A stretch of 64,000 nt of DNA from an uncultured Chlorobiota bacterium. GTDB taxonomy: Bacteria; Bacteroidota; Bacteroidia; Bacteroidales; JAADGE01. Below the pieces are notes generated by a model that saw only the letters and a list, made by a program, of their open reading frames with translations, had not been told where the DNA came from and made no database searches. Positions 12,058 to 22,327 of the stretch are shown here, piece by piece (within the stretch, counting starts at the first letter, position 1; the number at the start of each line of letters is the position of its first letter). A program made the translations under genes and the position numbers. The stretch covers positions 30,959 through 94,958 of the forward strand of contig CAMZKL010000016.1 in the NCBI GenBank assembly GCA_947311255.1, read 5' to 3'.

Positions 12058-12126
12058 AGATTTCATACAAAGAATATATTGAATTAAGTGAACTTTACAT
12101 AAAAACAAAATCATAAAATAAATAAT

Positions 12127-12708
12127 ATGAAATCAGATATAATTTTATCAGGAGTAGGGGGGCAAGGCATTTTGTCAATTGCTGCAACAATAGGAACAGC
12201 TGCATTGCAAAAAGGTTTGTATATGAAACAATCTGAGGTTCATGGAATGAGCCAAAGAGGTGGCGATGTTTCATCAAATATGAGAGTGTCAGACAAGCCG
12301 GTTGCATCAGATTTAATTGCAAAAGGAAAAGCTGATGTAATTATCTCGGTTGAACCGATGGAATGTTTAAGGTATATATCATTCTTAAAACCAGATGGTT
12401 GGCTAATTACAAATTCAAAACCTTTCAATAATATTTCTAACTATCCGGATTTGGAAGATATTTTTAATGAAATAAGAAAAGTAAAAAATCATATAATAAT
12501 TGATGCAGATGCAATTGCAAAGGAATTAAAATCTATACGATCTTCAAATATCGTAATGCTTGGTGCTGCATCGCCATATATAGATATGGAATATGATAGT
12601 TTTAAGGATGCTTTGAAAGCAATTTTTGGTAAAAAAGGGCAAGAAATTGTTGATAAAAATATTGAAGCCTTGGATAAAGGAAGGGAATTTACTTTGAGTC
12701 AGAAATAA
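12127..12708 (+). CDS. iorB: Indolepyruvate:ferredoxin oxidoreductase beta subunit
   Basis: GVGGQGIL, SEVHGMSQRGGDV, NIVMLGAAS; directly downstream of iorA. Confidence 0.95.
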   Translation: MKSDIILSGVGGQGILSIAATIGTAALQKGLYMKQSEVHGMSQRGGDVSSNMRVSDKPVASDLIAKGKADVIISVEPMECLRYISFLKPDGWLITNSKPFNNISNYPDLEDIFNEIRKVKNHIIIDADAIAKELKSIRSSNIVMLGAASPYIDMEYDSFKDALKAIFGKKGQEIVDKNIEALDKGREFTLSQK

Positions 12709-13175
12709 TGAGTTCTAAAAAAATGCAAAAATTATTAAGGCGGGTATCATGGTATCCGCCTTATTTAGGTGCAGGAATTAAACTAAAAAAGTATAATAAA
12801 GATTTTACTTGTTTTGAAGTTGAGTTAAAAATGAGATGGTTTAACAAAAACTTATTTGGAACTCATTTTGGAGGTTCATTATATGCAATGTCCGATCCAT
12901 TTTTTGTTTTTATTGTGTTGAATTATTTGGGGCAAGAATATGTTATTTGGGATAAGTCTGCAAAAATAATTTTTATGAAACCAGGAAAAGGAATTGTAAA
13001 AGGTGTTTTTAAAATTAAGAAATCAAGACTTCAAGAAATTAAAGAAGAAATTAATATTATAGGTAAAAATACATATATATTTACAGGAGAAATAAAAAAT
13101 TCAGCAAATGAAATTGTGGCAAAAGTTGAAAAGGAAATTTATATTCGAAAAAAAGATTATAATAGCTTTCTTTAA
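12708..13175 (+). CDS. DUF4442/YiiD-like hotdog-fold protein (putative acyl-CoA thioesterase)
   Basis: WYPPYLGAGI, NKNLFGTHFGGSLYAMSDPF, IWDKSAKIIFMKPG; TAATG overlap with iorB. Confidence 0.8.
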   Translation: MSSKKMQKLLRRVSWYPPYLGAGIKLKKYNKDFTCFEVELKMRWFNKNLFGTHFGGSLYAMSDPFFVFIVLNYLGQEYVIWDKSAKIIFMKPGKGIVKGVFKIKKSRLQEIKEEINIIGKNTYIFTGEIKNSANEIVAKVEKEIYIRKKDYNSFL

Positions 13176-14173
13176 ACTTTTAAGCTCGCAGGTCTAATGC
13201 TTTCATCTTTTTTTCTGAAAATAAGCCTTCTAAAAATATTATATAAAATTCCTGCCCCATAAGAACATAATTGAATAAAAGAAGCAAAAACACTTAACAC
13301 CCCAATTTTAATACTTTTGTTTTGAATACTTGCATCAGTAAAAAATATGATTGCAATTAATGAAAGAGATGCTAAATACAAATAAAAAAGAAAAGGATTT
13401 ATAAAAAATGAAATCCACCCTAAGGCAATGTAAATAACAAATAAACTTGGTAAAAAAAAGATTGGTTTTAAAGCAGTGCCATGTCGCATTTGGAGGTCTA
13501 TTCTTGCTTTACCATGTAAGAATAATTGAGTTGCAAATTTTTTAAAATTTATTTTTCTTTTGTGAAAAACTTTTGCATCTGGAATTAGAGATGTTTTATA
13601 ACCTTTTGCATGAAGCCGCATACTTAAATCTATATCTTCGGCAACTTTTAAATTGCTGTATCCGTTTACTGAAAAAAAAGCATTTCTTGAAACTCCCATA
13701 TTAAAACCCCTAAGTTGATATTTGCCTGCATGTACTTTTTTTCCTCTAATGCCCCCTGTTGTGAGCATAGAAGTCATGGCATAATTTATTGCTTTTTGAA
13801 CATTAGAAAATGATTTTTCAGCATCATCGGGTCCTCCAAAACCATCAACTTTATTTTTTTTAAGAAACTGATTAACTTTTTTAATGTAATCCGGCGGAAC
13901 AATACAGTCTGAATCAATAAAAATAAAAAAATCTCCTTTTGCATTTTTGCAACCAAAATTTCTTGAAGGGCTTATTCCAAGACCTTTTTTGTGGAAATGA
14001 GTTACAGAAACTTTATCTGAATAGAAATTTACAACATCTTTTACAGAATTATCAGGACTAGCATCAACAATAAGAACTTCAAAATTACTTTCAGTTTGTT
14101 TTGTCATACTTTCAAGAAACTCTTTTACATCTTCTTTTCGCTTAAATGTGGGGATAACTATTGAGAAAAACAT
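13172..14173 (-). CDS. Glycosyltransferase family 2 with C-terminal membrane helices
   Basis: FSIVIPTF, EVLIVD, SRNFG, FIDSDC (DxD), AEDIDLS. Confidence 0.9.
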   Translation of the reverse strand: MFFSIVIPTFKRKEDVKEFLESMTKQTESNFEVLIVDASPDNSVKDVVNFYSDKVSVTHFHKKGLGISPSRNFGCKNAKGDFFIFIDSDCIVPPDYIKKVNQFLKKNKVDGFGGPDDAEKSFSNVQKAINYAMTSMLTTGGIRGKKVHAGKYQLRGFNMGVSRNAFFSVNGYSNLKVAEDIDLSMRLHAKGYKTSLIPDAKVFHKRKINFKKFATQLFLHGKARIDLQMRHGTALKPIFFLPSLFVIYIALGWISFFINPFLFYLYLASLSLIAIIFFTDASIQNKSIKIGVLSVFASFIQLCSYGAGILYNIFRRLIFRKKDESIRPASLKV

Positions 14174-14210
14174 CTTTTAAATAATATTAATGAAGTTATT
14201 TTTTGCAAAA

Positions 14211-15092
14211 CTAAAAAAGAAACCTTTTTCTGAAATTATAATAAGGATATTTTTTTGCTCCAATTTCATTTTGTAAGTTTATGTGATTTGAATTTATTCC
14301 AAAGAAATCAAGAGTAACTGCAGTTTCAGAATTATTTTCAATATAGTTATTTATTAATCCGCATAGTGCTTTTTTGTTTTTTGCTTCTTTCGAGTGTACA
14401 GAATAAACAATATTTACAGTATTATGAGAAGAAATAAGCAGAATCGCTGCAATTAGTATGTTCTTATCGTTAAAAGCCCCTATAATTTTACCTTTATTTT
14501 TTCTTAATGAAACTGCTGATAGTAATCTTAATTTATCATTTGTTTTTTTGTTGAAATTATCTTCAATAGAGGAAAGAAGGACTAAACCATTAGGCAAAAT
14601 ACCGTTATTATAAGATATTTTATTTTTTTTTGCAATTTCAATGTCTTTGTTGAACTTCTTAGAAAATGACTTTTTAATTATAGTGTAAGGACTTATTAAA
14701 TCAAGTTTAAAAGATTCTTTTTTAGAATGCTTTACTTTTTCAAAAAGATTTAAATTCTCAGTTTCTATATTAATAAACTTAAAATTAGAATAAATTTTTT
14801 TTTGTATTTCAATTAATGTTTTAGAAGATATACTGTTTGAAATAAATAAATTTATTTTACTGAAAAAAACCGGTTGAAAAAGACCATATATTTTTGTAAT
14901 GTTTTTAACAGGAAGAGGTATAACAGCAACATATTTTCCAACTATTATTGCGTCCCACTTTTTACAAACAGAATCTAGATACCAAGAGTAAGCAAATGCA
15001 CTTCCGTTTTGAGAATGTGAAATACATTTGTCCCATAAATTGTAATCTATATCTTTGTTATTTACGTATTTAACTTCCTTAATGGAACTCAT
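14211..15092 (-). CDS. Conserved hypothetical protein, probable GNAT/FemAB-like fold
   Basis: IDYNLWDKCI...AYSWYLDSVC...AVIPLP N-terminus and TLDFFG C-terminal motif resemble Bacteroidota FemAB/GNAT-like proteins. Confidence 0.55.
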   Translation of the reverse strand: MSSIKEVKYVNNKDIDYNLWDKCISHSQNGSAFAYSWYLDSVCKKWDAIIVGKYVAVIPLPVKNITKIYGLFQPVFFSKINLFISNSISSKTLIEIQKKIYSNFKFINIETENLNLFEKVKHSKKESFKLDLISPYTIIKKSFSKKFNKDIEIAKKNKISYNNGILPNGLVLLSSIEDNFNKKTNDKLRLLSAVSLRKNKGKIIGAFNDKNILIAAILLISSHNTVNIVYSVHSKEAKNKKALCGLINNYIENNSETAVTLDFFGINSNHINLQNEIGAKKYPYYNFRKRFLF

Positions 15093-16550
15093 TTATTTAT
15101 TTTTCAAAATAAATTTATCATAAATAAGCAAACCTATAACAGTTGCTATTCCTATTGCACTGAAAATATACCATATTTGTGAGGGATTGTATGTATCCCA
15201 TAAGTATTGAGTAAGTTCAATGCTAGAAAAATTCATTTGTTTAGCAGCTTCTTCAAAAAATTGATTTTGGGTGAAATTTTTGCTTATTTCAGGTATTTCT
15301 AATCCCCTTTCTGCAATTTCTATTTTTAGTAGTGAAGTTTTGTCTGATAAGTTCTGATAAACATTTCCCGATAAAAATCCTGTAAAGAAATTTCCTGCAG
15401 CAACCGGTAAAAATGAAGTTCCCATGTAAAGAGCTTCTTTTCCTTTTGGAGCAATTTTTCCAACATATTCAGTAAATTTTGGAGAACTTGCCATTTCGCC
15501 TATTGCAAAAATAAAAATTCCAAAAATTAAATAAAAAGGATTGTTTGTTGCAAATGTTAAACCTATTCCAATTGCATTAATAATTATTCCTGTTATAATT
15601 GCATTTACAGATTTTAATTTCATAACAATTGTGGAAACAATGATTTGTAGTAGAACAATTAATCCTGCATCTAAATTAATTAGCATTTCAGGTGCAATAT
15701 CATGCTGTTTTGTTCCTAAGAAACTTGCTAACCAGGGAGAAATCTTATGAATTGAATTGTACAAAGCAGAAGTATCAATCCATTGGTTAATAAAATTAGG
15801 TAATGTGTAAAAAAGTTGGTTAAACATTGTCCAAAAACCAATCATTATAAATAAGAAAATTAACAGTTTTTTATCTTTTAGGGCAGTATAAATATTTGAT
15901 AATGAGGTTTTTATGGTGTCAATAAGTTTGCTTTTGGATTTTTCTCTGTCTGGTTCTTTATAGAATAAAATAACAATAAGTAAGTTAATTACTAATGCAA
16001 CAATTGACATATAAAAAACAAATCTCCATCCTGTATTGTTATTCATATGCCTAAGTTTTGAAGCAATAAAAGGGCCAATAAATCCTCCAATATTAACAAT
16101 CATATAAAAAATCCCGAAACCTATTGAAGAAGTTTCATCATCTGTAGTTTTAGCAATTGTTGCAGAAATTACAGGTTTAAATAATGCTGCTCCTATTGCA
16201 ACCCATAGGAAAGCGGCAAAAACTGAATAATATTCTGTAAAATAACTCATCATAAAATATCCTGAAGCATATATTGAATATGCAACAATTAATATTTTTT
16301 TGTAGCCTATTTTATCCGCAATTGCACCTGTAATAACAGGCAAAAGATATAGTATTGCAGTAACAATTCCCATCATTAAGCCTTTTTGGCTTTGTGAGAA
16401 TCCTAATGCCCCTGTATCTGTTGAGTTTGTAAGATATAATGCAAGCACTGTAAATAAACCATACCATGCAATACGCTCAAACATCTCCATTGTGTTTGCT
16501 ACCCAAAACACTTTAGGAAACTTTTTTATTATTTTTGAAAATTTGCCCAT
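15093..16550 (-). CDS. MFS transporter, POT/PTR-like oligopeptide:H+ symporter
   Basis: MEMFERIAWYG (ExxER), GAIADKIGYKK, GFGIFYMIVNIGGFIGP, GEMASSP; many transmembrane segments. Confidence 0.85.
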   Translation of the reverse strand: MGKFSKIIKKFPKVFWVANTMEMFERIAWYGLFTVLALYLTNSTDTGALGFSQSQKGLMMGIVTAILYLLPVITGAIADKIGYKKILIVAYSIYASGYFMMSYFTEYYSVFAAFLWVAIGAALFKPVISATIAKTTDDETSSIGFGIFYMIVNIGGFIGPFIASKLRHMNNNTGWRFVFYMSIVALVINLLIVILFYKEPDREKSKSKLIDTIKTSLSNIYTALKDKKLLIFLFIMIGFWTMFNQLFYTLPNFINQWIDTSALYNSIHKISPWLASFLGTKQHDIAPEMLINLDAGLIVLLQIIVSTIVMKLKSVNAIITGIIINAIGIGLTFATNNPFYLIFGIFIFAIGEMASSPKFTEYVGKIAPKGKEALYMGTSFLPVAAGNFFTGFLSGNVYQNLSDKTSLLKIEIAERGLEIPEISKNFTQNQFFEEAAKQMNFSSIELTQYLWDTYNPSQIWYIFSAIGIATVIGLLIYDKFILKNK

Positions 16551-16801
16551 ATTTAAATTTTTAAGATGCGAATATAATTATATAATTATAAAAAAATGGT
16601 TCTCCTAATCTTTTATGAAGAGTAATTGTTTATTTTCTAGATATTTTAATGATACAATTTATAATTATTCAATGATATAATGCTTTTGAAATCCGCATTA
16701 AGTAAATGTTTTCAAGATTGTTTTTACATGGGTTTTAATTTGTTTTTTATATTTAGTTCATTCAATAATGTGAAAAATTCTAAAAGTTGAATTAGACATC
16801 A

Positions 16802-17494
16802 TCATATAATCCCTTCGTCAGCAAAGCTGTAATAGTCTGAATAAGAAACAATTACATGGTCAAGTAAAGAAACGTCAATAGTTTTGCAAGCGTCTTTTAA
16901 TTTTTTTGTAATTGAAATGTCTGAATTGCTGGGTTTTGTATTGCCGGAAGGATGGTTATGGCAAACAATTATGCTTGATGCTGTTTTTTCAATTGCAGCT
17001 TTTAAAATTATTTTTATGTCAATTACTGTCCCTGAAACACCACCTGAGCTAATTTTTTTTATTTCCATAATTTTGTTTGCTCTGTTCATTAAAATCAACC
17101 AAAATTCTTCGTATGGTAAGTCGCCTAATTTATGTCCAAAAATTTGAAAAATGTCTTTGCTATTTCTAATCTTCTTTCTTTCAATTACTTCCGAGATTTT
17201 TCTTCTTTTCCCTATTTCAAGTGCAGCAATTATTGAAATTGCTTTTGCTTCACCAATTCCTTTAAATTTTTGCAGTTCATTAACATTTAGTTTTGCTAAG
17301 TTGTTAAGATTATTTTGGGTATCAGATAATATTCTTTTTGATAGTTCAACAGCAGATTCTTTTCTATTTCCTGAACCTATTAATATTGCAATTAATTCAG
17401 CATCGGATAAACTGTCTATTCCTTTATTTAAAAGTTTTTCTCTGGGTCTGTCGTCACTTGCCCAATTTTTTATTGAAGTTTTTTTATAGTGCAT
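16802..17494 (-). CDS. radC: RadC family (JAB domain) protein
   Basis: DDRPREKLL, LSDAELIAILIGSG, HhH motif FKGIGEAKA, HNHPSG...SxSD, LLDHVIV; ends TGA TGA. Confidence 0.95.
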   Translation of the reverse strand: MHYKKTSIKNWASDDRPREKLLNKGIDSLSDAELIAILIGSGNRKESAVELSKRILSDTQNNLNNLAKLNVNELQKFKGIGEAKAISIIAALEIGKRRKISEVIERKKIRNSKDIFQIFGHKLGDLPYEEFWLILMNRANKIMEIKKISSGGVSGTVIDIKIILKAAIEKTASSIIVCHNHPSGNTKPSNSDISITKKLKDACKTIDVSLLDHVIVSYSDYYSFADEGII

Positions 17495-17617
17495 TAAATG
17501 ATTTAATAAATTGTAAATATTCTTAATTTGTAAGGTGCAGGTTTATAGTATGTTATATGTTTGTGGTAAATATATTTAATATTTTATAAGTTTTTTTATG
17601 GAATAAATGCATAATTA

Positions 17618-17757
17618 TCATCTCATAGTCAAACAAACATAATTAAACAATTAACAAAAGATTTATGAGATTTAATTAACCTAAACCTAAAACTTATTAA
17701 TCTAAATTAACAAACAAGGAAAACTGAAAAACTACTCTTAATTGAGTAGTTTTTTTT
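17618..17757 (+). ncRNA. Candidate small RNA (5' stem with A/C-rich loop, A/C-rich linker, intrinsic terminator)
   Basis: ATCTCATA (17620-27) pairs with TATGAGAT (17664-71); nearly G-free AAAC/TAAC/CTAAA-rich strands; terminator hairpin with T8; no plus-strand CDS upstream. Confidence 0.35.
17727..17757. terminator. Intrinsic terminator, probably bidirectional
   Basis: AAAAACTACTC-TTAATT-GAGTAGTTTTTTTT. Confidence 0.75.
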
Positions 17758-18317
17758 ATATTTTTATTCTCATAACTAATACATCATTAACTTGTATAGT
17801 GTTTTTTTTCCATTTATCAAATTCTTTTTTTACTTTTATGCCTACAATATAATCGGATATTTGCATAGTTTTTATTGAATATTTATAAGCATTTTTATAA
17901 TCTTCTTTTTTCCAAAAAATTTCAGAAAATCTTTGATATGCAATTGCAGTATATTTTATTTTATGAGTTTTTAAAGATTCTTTTTCAATTTCGTTACAAT
18001 AAAATAAACTTGAATCATATTTGAATTCTTTGTAGTAAGAGCGACTTATAATATCTAAAAAACTAAGTTTCTTCAATGTTTTATTTATTTTTTCAGAAAA
18101 TGTTATTCCTATTTTAGCATACGATATGGCTTCGAGGTAATTTTTTTTGTTATTATTTTTTTAAAATATCTAAAAGTAAGTTTGTTTTTATGTCGTAATT
18201 TGTGGAATTATTGTAAGAATTTATCAATGAATCAATTTTATATTCTTGCGAAAAACTTATTAGAAAATTTAATAAGATATAATAACTTGTTAATATTATT
18301 TTAAAAGTAAAATTCAT
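17756..18317 (-). pseudogene. Secreted TPR-like protein frameshifted in an A7 run (~186 aa if corrected)
   Basis: ATG at 18317 gives a signal peptide MNFTFKIILTSYYILLNFLISFSQEYKIDSL..., stopping just after T7 at 18156-18162; removing one base joins it to ...NNNKKNYLEAISYAKIG... and the 17756-18076 ORF (helical, YDSSLFY/YKNAYKY). Confidence 0.6.
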
Positions 18318-18333
18318 TTGAGAAATTATGAAG

Positions 18334-20166
18334 TTATTTTTTAAGTTGAATAATTAATGATGATTTTTTATCTATAGTAATTTTATCAAGATTATAAATC
18401 TTTTCTGAAATTATATCTTTTCCACTTGAATAGCCTTTCAAAATTTCATTAAAACGTTTGCAGTCAACAGTTCTTTCTTCTAAATTATTATTGTTAAGTA
18501 AAATCATAACTGCCTTATTTTCGATATATCTAAAATATACATATACATTATTTTCAGGAACAAAATGTAGAAATTTACCTTTTGTAATAGCTTCATTTGT
18601 TTTTCTAAAATCTGCAATTTTTTTTATGTAATTGTAAATTTCGTTTTGTTCTTTTGTTCTTCCTTCTTTTGTGAAAGCGTTAATTTTATCATTTTTCCAT
18701 CCTCCCGGAAAATCTGTTCTTATGTGTCCGTGCCCTTTATGTTCATGCCCAGTTGTAAGAATTTCTGTTCCGTAATAAATCATTGGAATACCTCTGCAAG
18801 TTAATAAAAAGGCTAAACCCATTTTCAACTTGTTAATATCTTCTCCCACGGAAGTGAAATACCTGTCTAAATCATGGTTGTCTAAAAAGATTAGATTATT
18901 TCCTGCATTTTTATATAAAAAATCTTGTGCAAGAATGTAGTATATTGAAGATAAACCTTCTGTCCAACTGTCACTTTGGTTAAAGGCATCTCTGCTTGCA
19001 TAATAAAGAGGAAAGTCTGTTGTTGAATTAAGGTTTGAATTATAATTGCCGGAAATAGGGCTATTTCCACTGAAATATGCAGTGAAGGCAGGTTTTTGCA
19101 ACCAAGTTTCTCCTAACAAAGTGAAATCGGGGTATTCCTCATGTACTTTTTTTGCCCAGTCAGCCATAAAGTCTTTAAAAGGGTAGGGCTGTGTGTCCAT
19201 TCTAATTCCGTCTAAATCTGCAAATTCAATCCACCATAAGCTGTTTTGTATCAGGTAGTTTGCAAGAAAAGGGTTGTGTTGGTTTAAATCAGGCATATGT
19301 TCGTCGAACCAACCTTGTGTCATTCTTTTTCTATCGTTTTTTGATGCGTGAATATCAGAAATTGTACTTCCTCTAAAATTTGAACGATAATCCGGATTTG
19401 TATTTGCCCAATTTTTCGTTGGTAAATCTTTCATCCACCAGTGGTTTATACTGCAATGATTAAATATCATATCCATTATCAACTTCATGTCTTTTTTATG
19501 AAGTTCATCTGCAAGTTTTTTGTAATCTTGGTTTGTGCCGAAACGTGGGTCTGTTTTATAAAAATTTGTTATTGCATAGCCATGATAAGAATATTTAGGA
19601 TTATTGTTCTCTATTGTTGGATTTAGCCATAGTGCTGTTATTCCCAAGTTTTTTATGTAATCTAAATTGTTTATAACTCCTTCAATATCACCACCATGTC
19701 TGCCGTTTGGGTCTTCTCTGTTTGTTTTTTCAAGAATCCCGACAGCTGTGTCATTTTTAGTGTTTCCATTTGCAAATCTGTCCGGCATTAATAAATAAAT
19801 GAAATCGGCACTTGAAAAACCTCTTTTTTTGTTTGATTTTTTTTTCAGCTCATATTTGTGTTTTGTAAGAATTTTACCGTTTGTAAAAATTATGTCAAAA
19901 GTACCAGGTTTAGCATCTTTATTTATTTTAATGTCCACAAATAAATAATTTGGATTGTCAACTCTATTAACTTTTAGAAGTTTAACTTTATCAGAAATTA
20001 TTTGCACTTTTGAATCTGTAATTTTTTTGCCGTGAATAAGTAATTGCAAATTTGGATTTTTCATTTTTACCCACCAATTTGGCGGTTCAATTTGTTGTAT
20101 GTAGTTTTCTTGGGCAGAAATAGAAACAGATGCAAATAAAATTATTAAAAATATCAGTTTCTTCAT
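18334..20166 (-). CDS. GH13 cyclomaltodextrinase/neopullulanase (SusA-like), secreted
   Basis: IEPPNWW N-domain, YLLMPDRFANG, SYHGYA, DMIFNH, DGIRMDT, LLGETW, FLDNHD. Confidence 0.92.
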   Translation of the reverse strand: MKKLIFLIILFASVSISAQENYIQQIEPPNWWVKMKNPNLQLLIHGKKITDSKVQIISDKVKLLKVNRVDNPNYLFVDIKINKDAKPGTFDIIFTNGKILTKHKYELKKKSNKKRGFSSADFIYLLMPDRFANGNTKNDTAVGILEKTNREDPNGRHGGDIEGVINNLDYIKNLGITALWLNPTIENNNPKYSYHGYAITNFYKTDPRFGTNQDYKKLADELHKKDMKLIMDMIFNHCSINHWWMKDLPTKNWANTNPDYRSNFRGSTISDIHASKNDRKRMTQGWFDEHMPDLNQHNPFLANYLIQNSLWWIEFADLDGIRMDTQPYPFKDFMADWAKKVHEEYPDFTLLGETWLQKPAFTAYFSGNSPISGNYNSNLNSTTDFPLYYASRDAFNQSDSWTEGLSSIYYILAQDFLYKNAGNNLIFLDNHDLDRYFTSVGEDINKLKMGLAFLLTCRGIPMIYYGTEILTTGHEHKGHGHIRTDFPGGWKNDKINAFTKEGRTKEQNEIYNYIKKIADFRKTNEAITKGKFLHFVPENNVYVYFRYIENKAVMILLNNNNLEERTVDCKRFNEILKGYSSGKDIISEKIYNLDKITIDKKSSLIIQLKK

Positions 20167-20222
20167 TTTATGTGTTTTTATAGAAAGATTAATTGTTTTT
20201 AAAGTAGTTGAAATATTAAGTA

Positions 20223-20543
20223 TTAAACTAAATCTCTAATTTCAATGAGCATTGATTTAATGTTTTTTAGTTTTTTAATAACTTCAAAATTTTGAATAGT
20301 AGAGTTTTTATTTTCTTTAAGTTTTAGCTTAGCCCCTTCTAGAGTTAATCTTTTTTCTTTTACAAGGTGGTAAATTAAATGTAAGTTGTTAACATCTTCC
20401 AGAGTGAATAGTCTGTTTCCTTTTTTGTTTCTTTTTGGTTTTAAAATACTGAATTCATTTTCCCAATATCTTATAAGAGAAACGTTTACATTGAACATTT
20501 CAGCAATCTCGCCAATTGTGTAGTATAATTTTGTTAATTTCAT
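20223..20543 (-). CDS. MerR-family HTH transcriptional regulator
   Basis: YYTIGEIAEMFNVNVSLIRYWENEF...NRLFT. Confidence 0.9.
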   Translation of the reverse strand: MKLTKLYYTIGEIAEMFNVNVSLIRYWENEFSILKPKRNKKGNRLFTLEDVNNLHLIYHLVKEKRLTLEGAKLKLKENKNSTIQNFEVIKKLKNIKSMLIEIRDLV

Positions 20544-20648
20544 TATAAGATTATTTTAATTTTTATATTACAAAATTATTGAAATATACAGGAAATAATT
20601 CAACATTATTTTTTTACAAATTTATTTAAATTTTTTTAAGAATAAAAA

Positions 20649-21326
20649 TTAGTCATCTAATAAATCCGGTCTTAGTTTTTGAGTTTTTTCTTCTGCTTGT
20701 TGCATTTTCCAATTATCAATTTTTTTAAAGTTACCTGAAAGTAAAACATCGGGAACTTTAAGTCCTTTATATTCAGAAGGTCTTGTATAAACAGGAGGTG
20801 CTAATAGATTGTCTTGAAAAGAATCTGAGAGGGCAGATGTTTCATCAGAAATTGCACCAGGAATTAATCTTACAATACTGTCAATAATTACTGCTGCTGC
20901 CAACTCACCACCTGTTAGCACATAATCTCCAATAGAAATTTCTTTTGTAATGTATTGATCTCTAATTCTTTGGTCAATTCCTTTATAATGTCCGCAGAGT
21001 ATTAAGATATTTTTAAAAGATGAAAATTTATTTGCAGTTTTCTGGTTAAATTTTTCTCCATCAGGCGAAGTGTAAATTATTTCATCATAATTTCTTTGAG
21101 ATTTTAAATATGAAATTGCATTATCAACAGGTTCAATCATCATAACCATTCCAGCTTCGCCACCAAACGCATAATCGTCAACTTTTTTGTGTTTGTCTGT
21201 TGTAAAGTTTCTTAAATTATGTATATGTATTTCTGCGAGTCCTTTTTCTTGCACTCTTTTTACAATTGAATGTTGCAGAGGGCTATCTAATAATTCCGGG
21301 AGGACTGTTAATATATCTATTCGCAT
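20649..21326 (-). CDS. trmD: tRNA (guanine37-N1)-methyltransferase
   Basis: [53 protein letters not shown]. Confidence 0.97.
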   Translation of the reverse strand: MRIDILTVLPELLDSPLQHSIVKRVQEKGLAEIHIHNLRNFTTDKHKKVDDYAFGGEAGMVMMIEPVDNAISYLKSQRNYDEIIYTSPDGEKFNQKTANKFSSFKNILILCGHYKGIDQRIRDQYITKEISIGDYVLTGGELAAAVIIDSIVRLIPGAISDETSALSDSFQDNLLAPPVYTRPSEYKGLKVPDVLLSGNFKKIDNWKMQQAEEKTQKLRPDLLDD

Positions 21327-21388
21327 TTTTGCTGTTTTAAAAAATGTTAAGTTTCAAATTTCGTCAAATATATGCTTTGCAATTAAAT

Positions 21389-22327
21389 TTATCCGTAATA
21401 ATGTTGCAATATAGCCCCAATTTCCATAAAATATGCTATTCCAACATGAATAATTATTCCTCCAAAAATATTTCTTTTTGCTAATGCGTGAACACCCAAA
21501 ATAAAACCGCCAAAAAAAGAACTAATTGCTTCGCCGGCAGGTTTTCCAAAATGAATAATTACATATGCTGCTGCCATTGGGAGCACTGCTTCTCTTCCCA
21601 AAACTCTTGACATCCCAATAACTAATGCTCCTCTGAACATAAGCTCTACACTAATGAAATCTGTTCCGTATGCAAGTTCAAAAATGCCAATTGTTTGTAA
21701 TTGACTTAATCCAAATACAGGATCTCTATTCCAAAATTTATATTGAGGATAAGATTGCTGAAAATCAGCTTGAAAAGATGCTAATGCAATTAATGGAATC
21801 ATAAGTATTAACATTAAAAGGAAAGGTCTGTAATTCATACCTTTGTATCTTAATCCATATAAATGTTTATCTTTTTTATCGTAATATGATTTAACTGCAA
21901 AGAAAATAATTAAAAAAGGAATAATTCTTTTAAGTTCTTCCATTATTCTTATAGAAAAAAATCTTTCTCCTCCTTTAAATTGTGTAAAGTCAAAAAATGA
22001 ACGATATTGCCAAAAAGCTATAAAAACACCAAATGTTCCAAAAAAGATTAAACTTTTTACCCAAAACTCTGTTTGTTTTAGTTTGTGTTGTTGTTTTTTT
22101 ATGAAAAGTACAGGAATTATTACTGCATAATAAGGTGTTATGTAAAATAATGGATAAGCCCAAAAACCACTTAACTTTCCATAGTTTTTGTCAACATAGC
22201 TATCTTCAAAGTCATATTTGTAGTTAAGGTATAGTGCGATAGCAAGAAAAAGAAAAGTATATAAATAAGCATAAATATTAAAATCTTTTTTCAGGAAATC
22301 TCTTATTTCTATAATAATTTCTTTCAT
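21389..22327 (-). CDS. CPBP (CAAX/Rce1-like) intramembrane glutamic endopeptidase
   Basis: SVELMFRG, YVIIHFGKP, GIIIHVGIA; multi-pass membrane protein. Confidence 0.85.
   Translation of the reverse strand: MKEIIIEIRDFLKKDFNIYAYLYTFLFLAIALYLNYKYDFEDSYVDKNYGKLSGFWAYPLFYITPYYAVIIPVLFIKKQQHKLKQTEFWVKSLIFFGTFGVFIAFWQYRSFFDFTQFKGGERFFSIRIMEELKRIIPFLIIFFAVKSYYDKKDKHLYGLRYKGMNYRPFLLMLILMIPLIALASFQADFQQSYPQYKFWNRDPVFGLSQLQTIGIFELAYGTDFISVELMFRGALVIGMSRVLGREAVLPMAAAYVIIHFGKPAGEAISSFFGGFILGVHALAKRNIFGGIIIHVGIAYFMEIGAILQHYYG

Noticed and set aside
13172-13175. Shared TTAA stop overlap of the convergent DUF4442 and GT2 genes
   Set aside because: A common compact arrangement in AT-rich genomes with no functional implication evident.
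16573-16590. 18-bp perfect palindrome TATAATTATATAATTATA upstream of the POT transporter
   Set aside because: A/T-only low-complexity sequence in a very AT-rich genome; easily arises by chance.
16802-17494. radC as a marker of a mobile element or defence island
   Set aside because: Full-length chromosomal type with HhH region among housekeeping genes; no integrase, transposase or E1/E2 partners nearby.
21389-22327. CPBP ('Abi') protein as a phage-defence gene
   Set aside because: The Abi label for this family is historical; motifs and context indicate an ordinary intramembrane protease.
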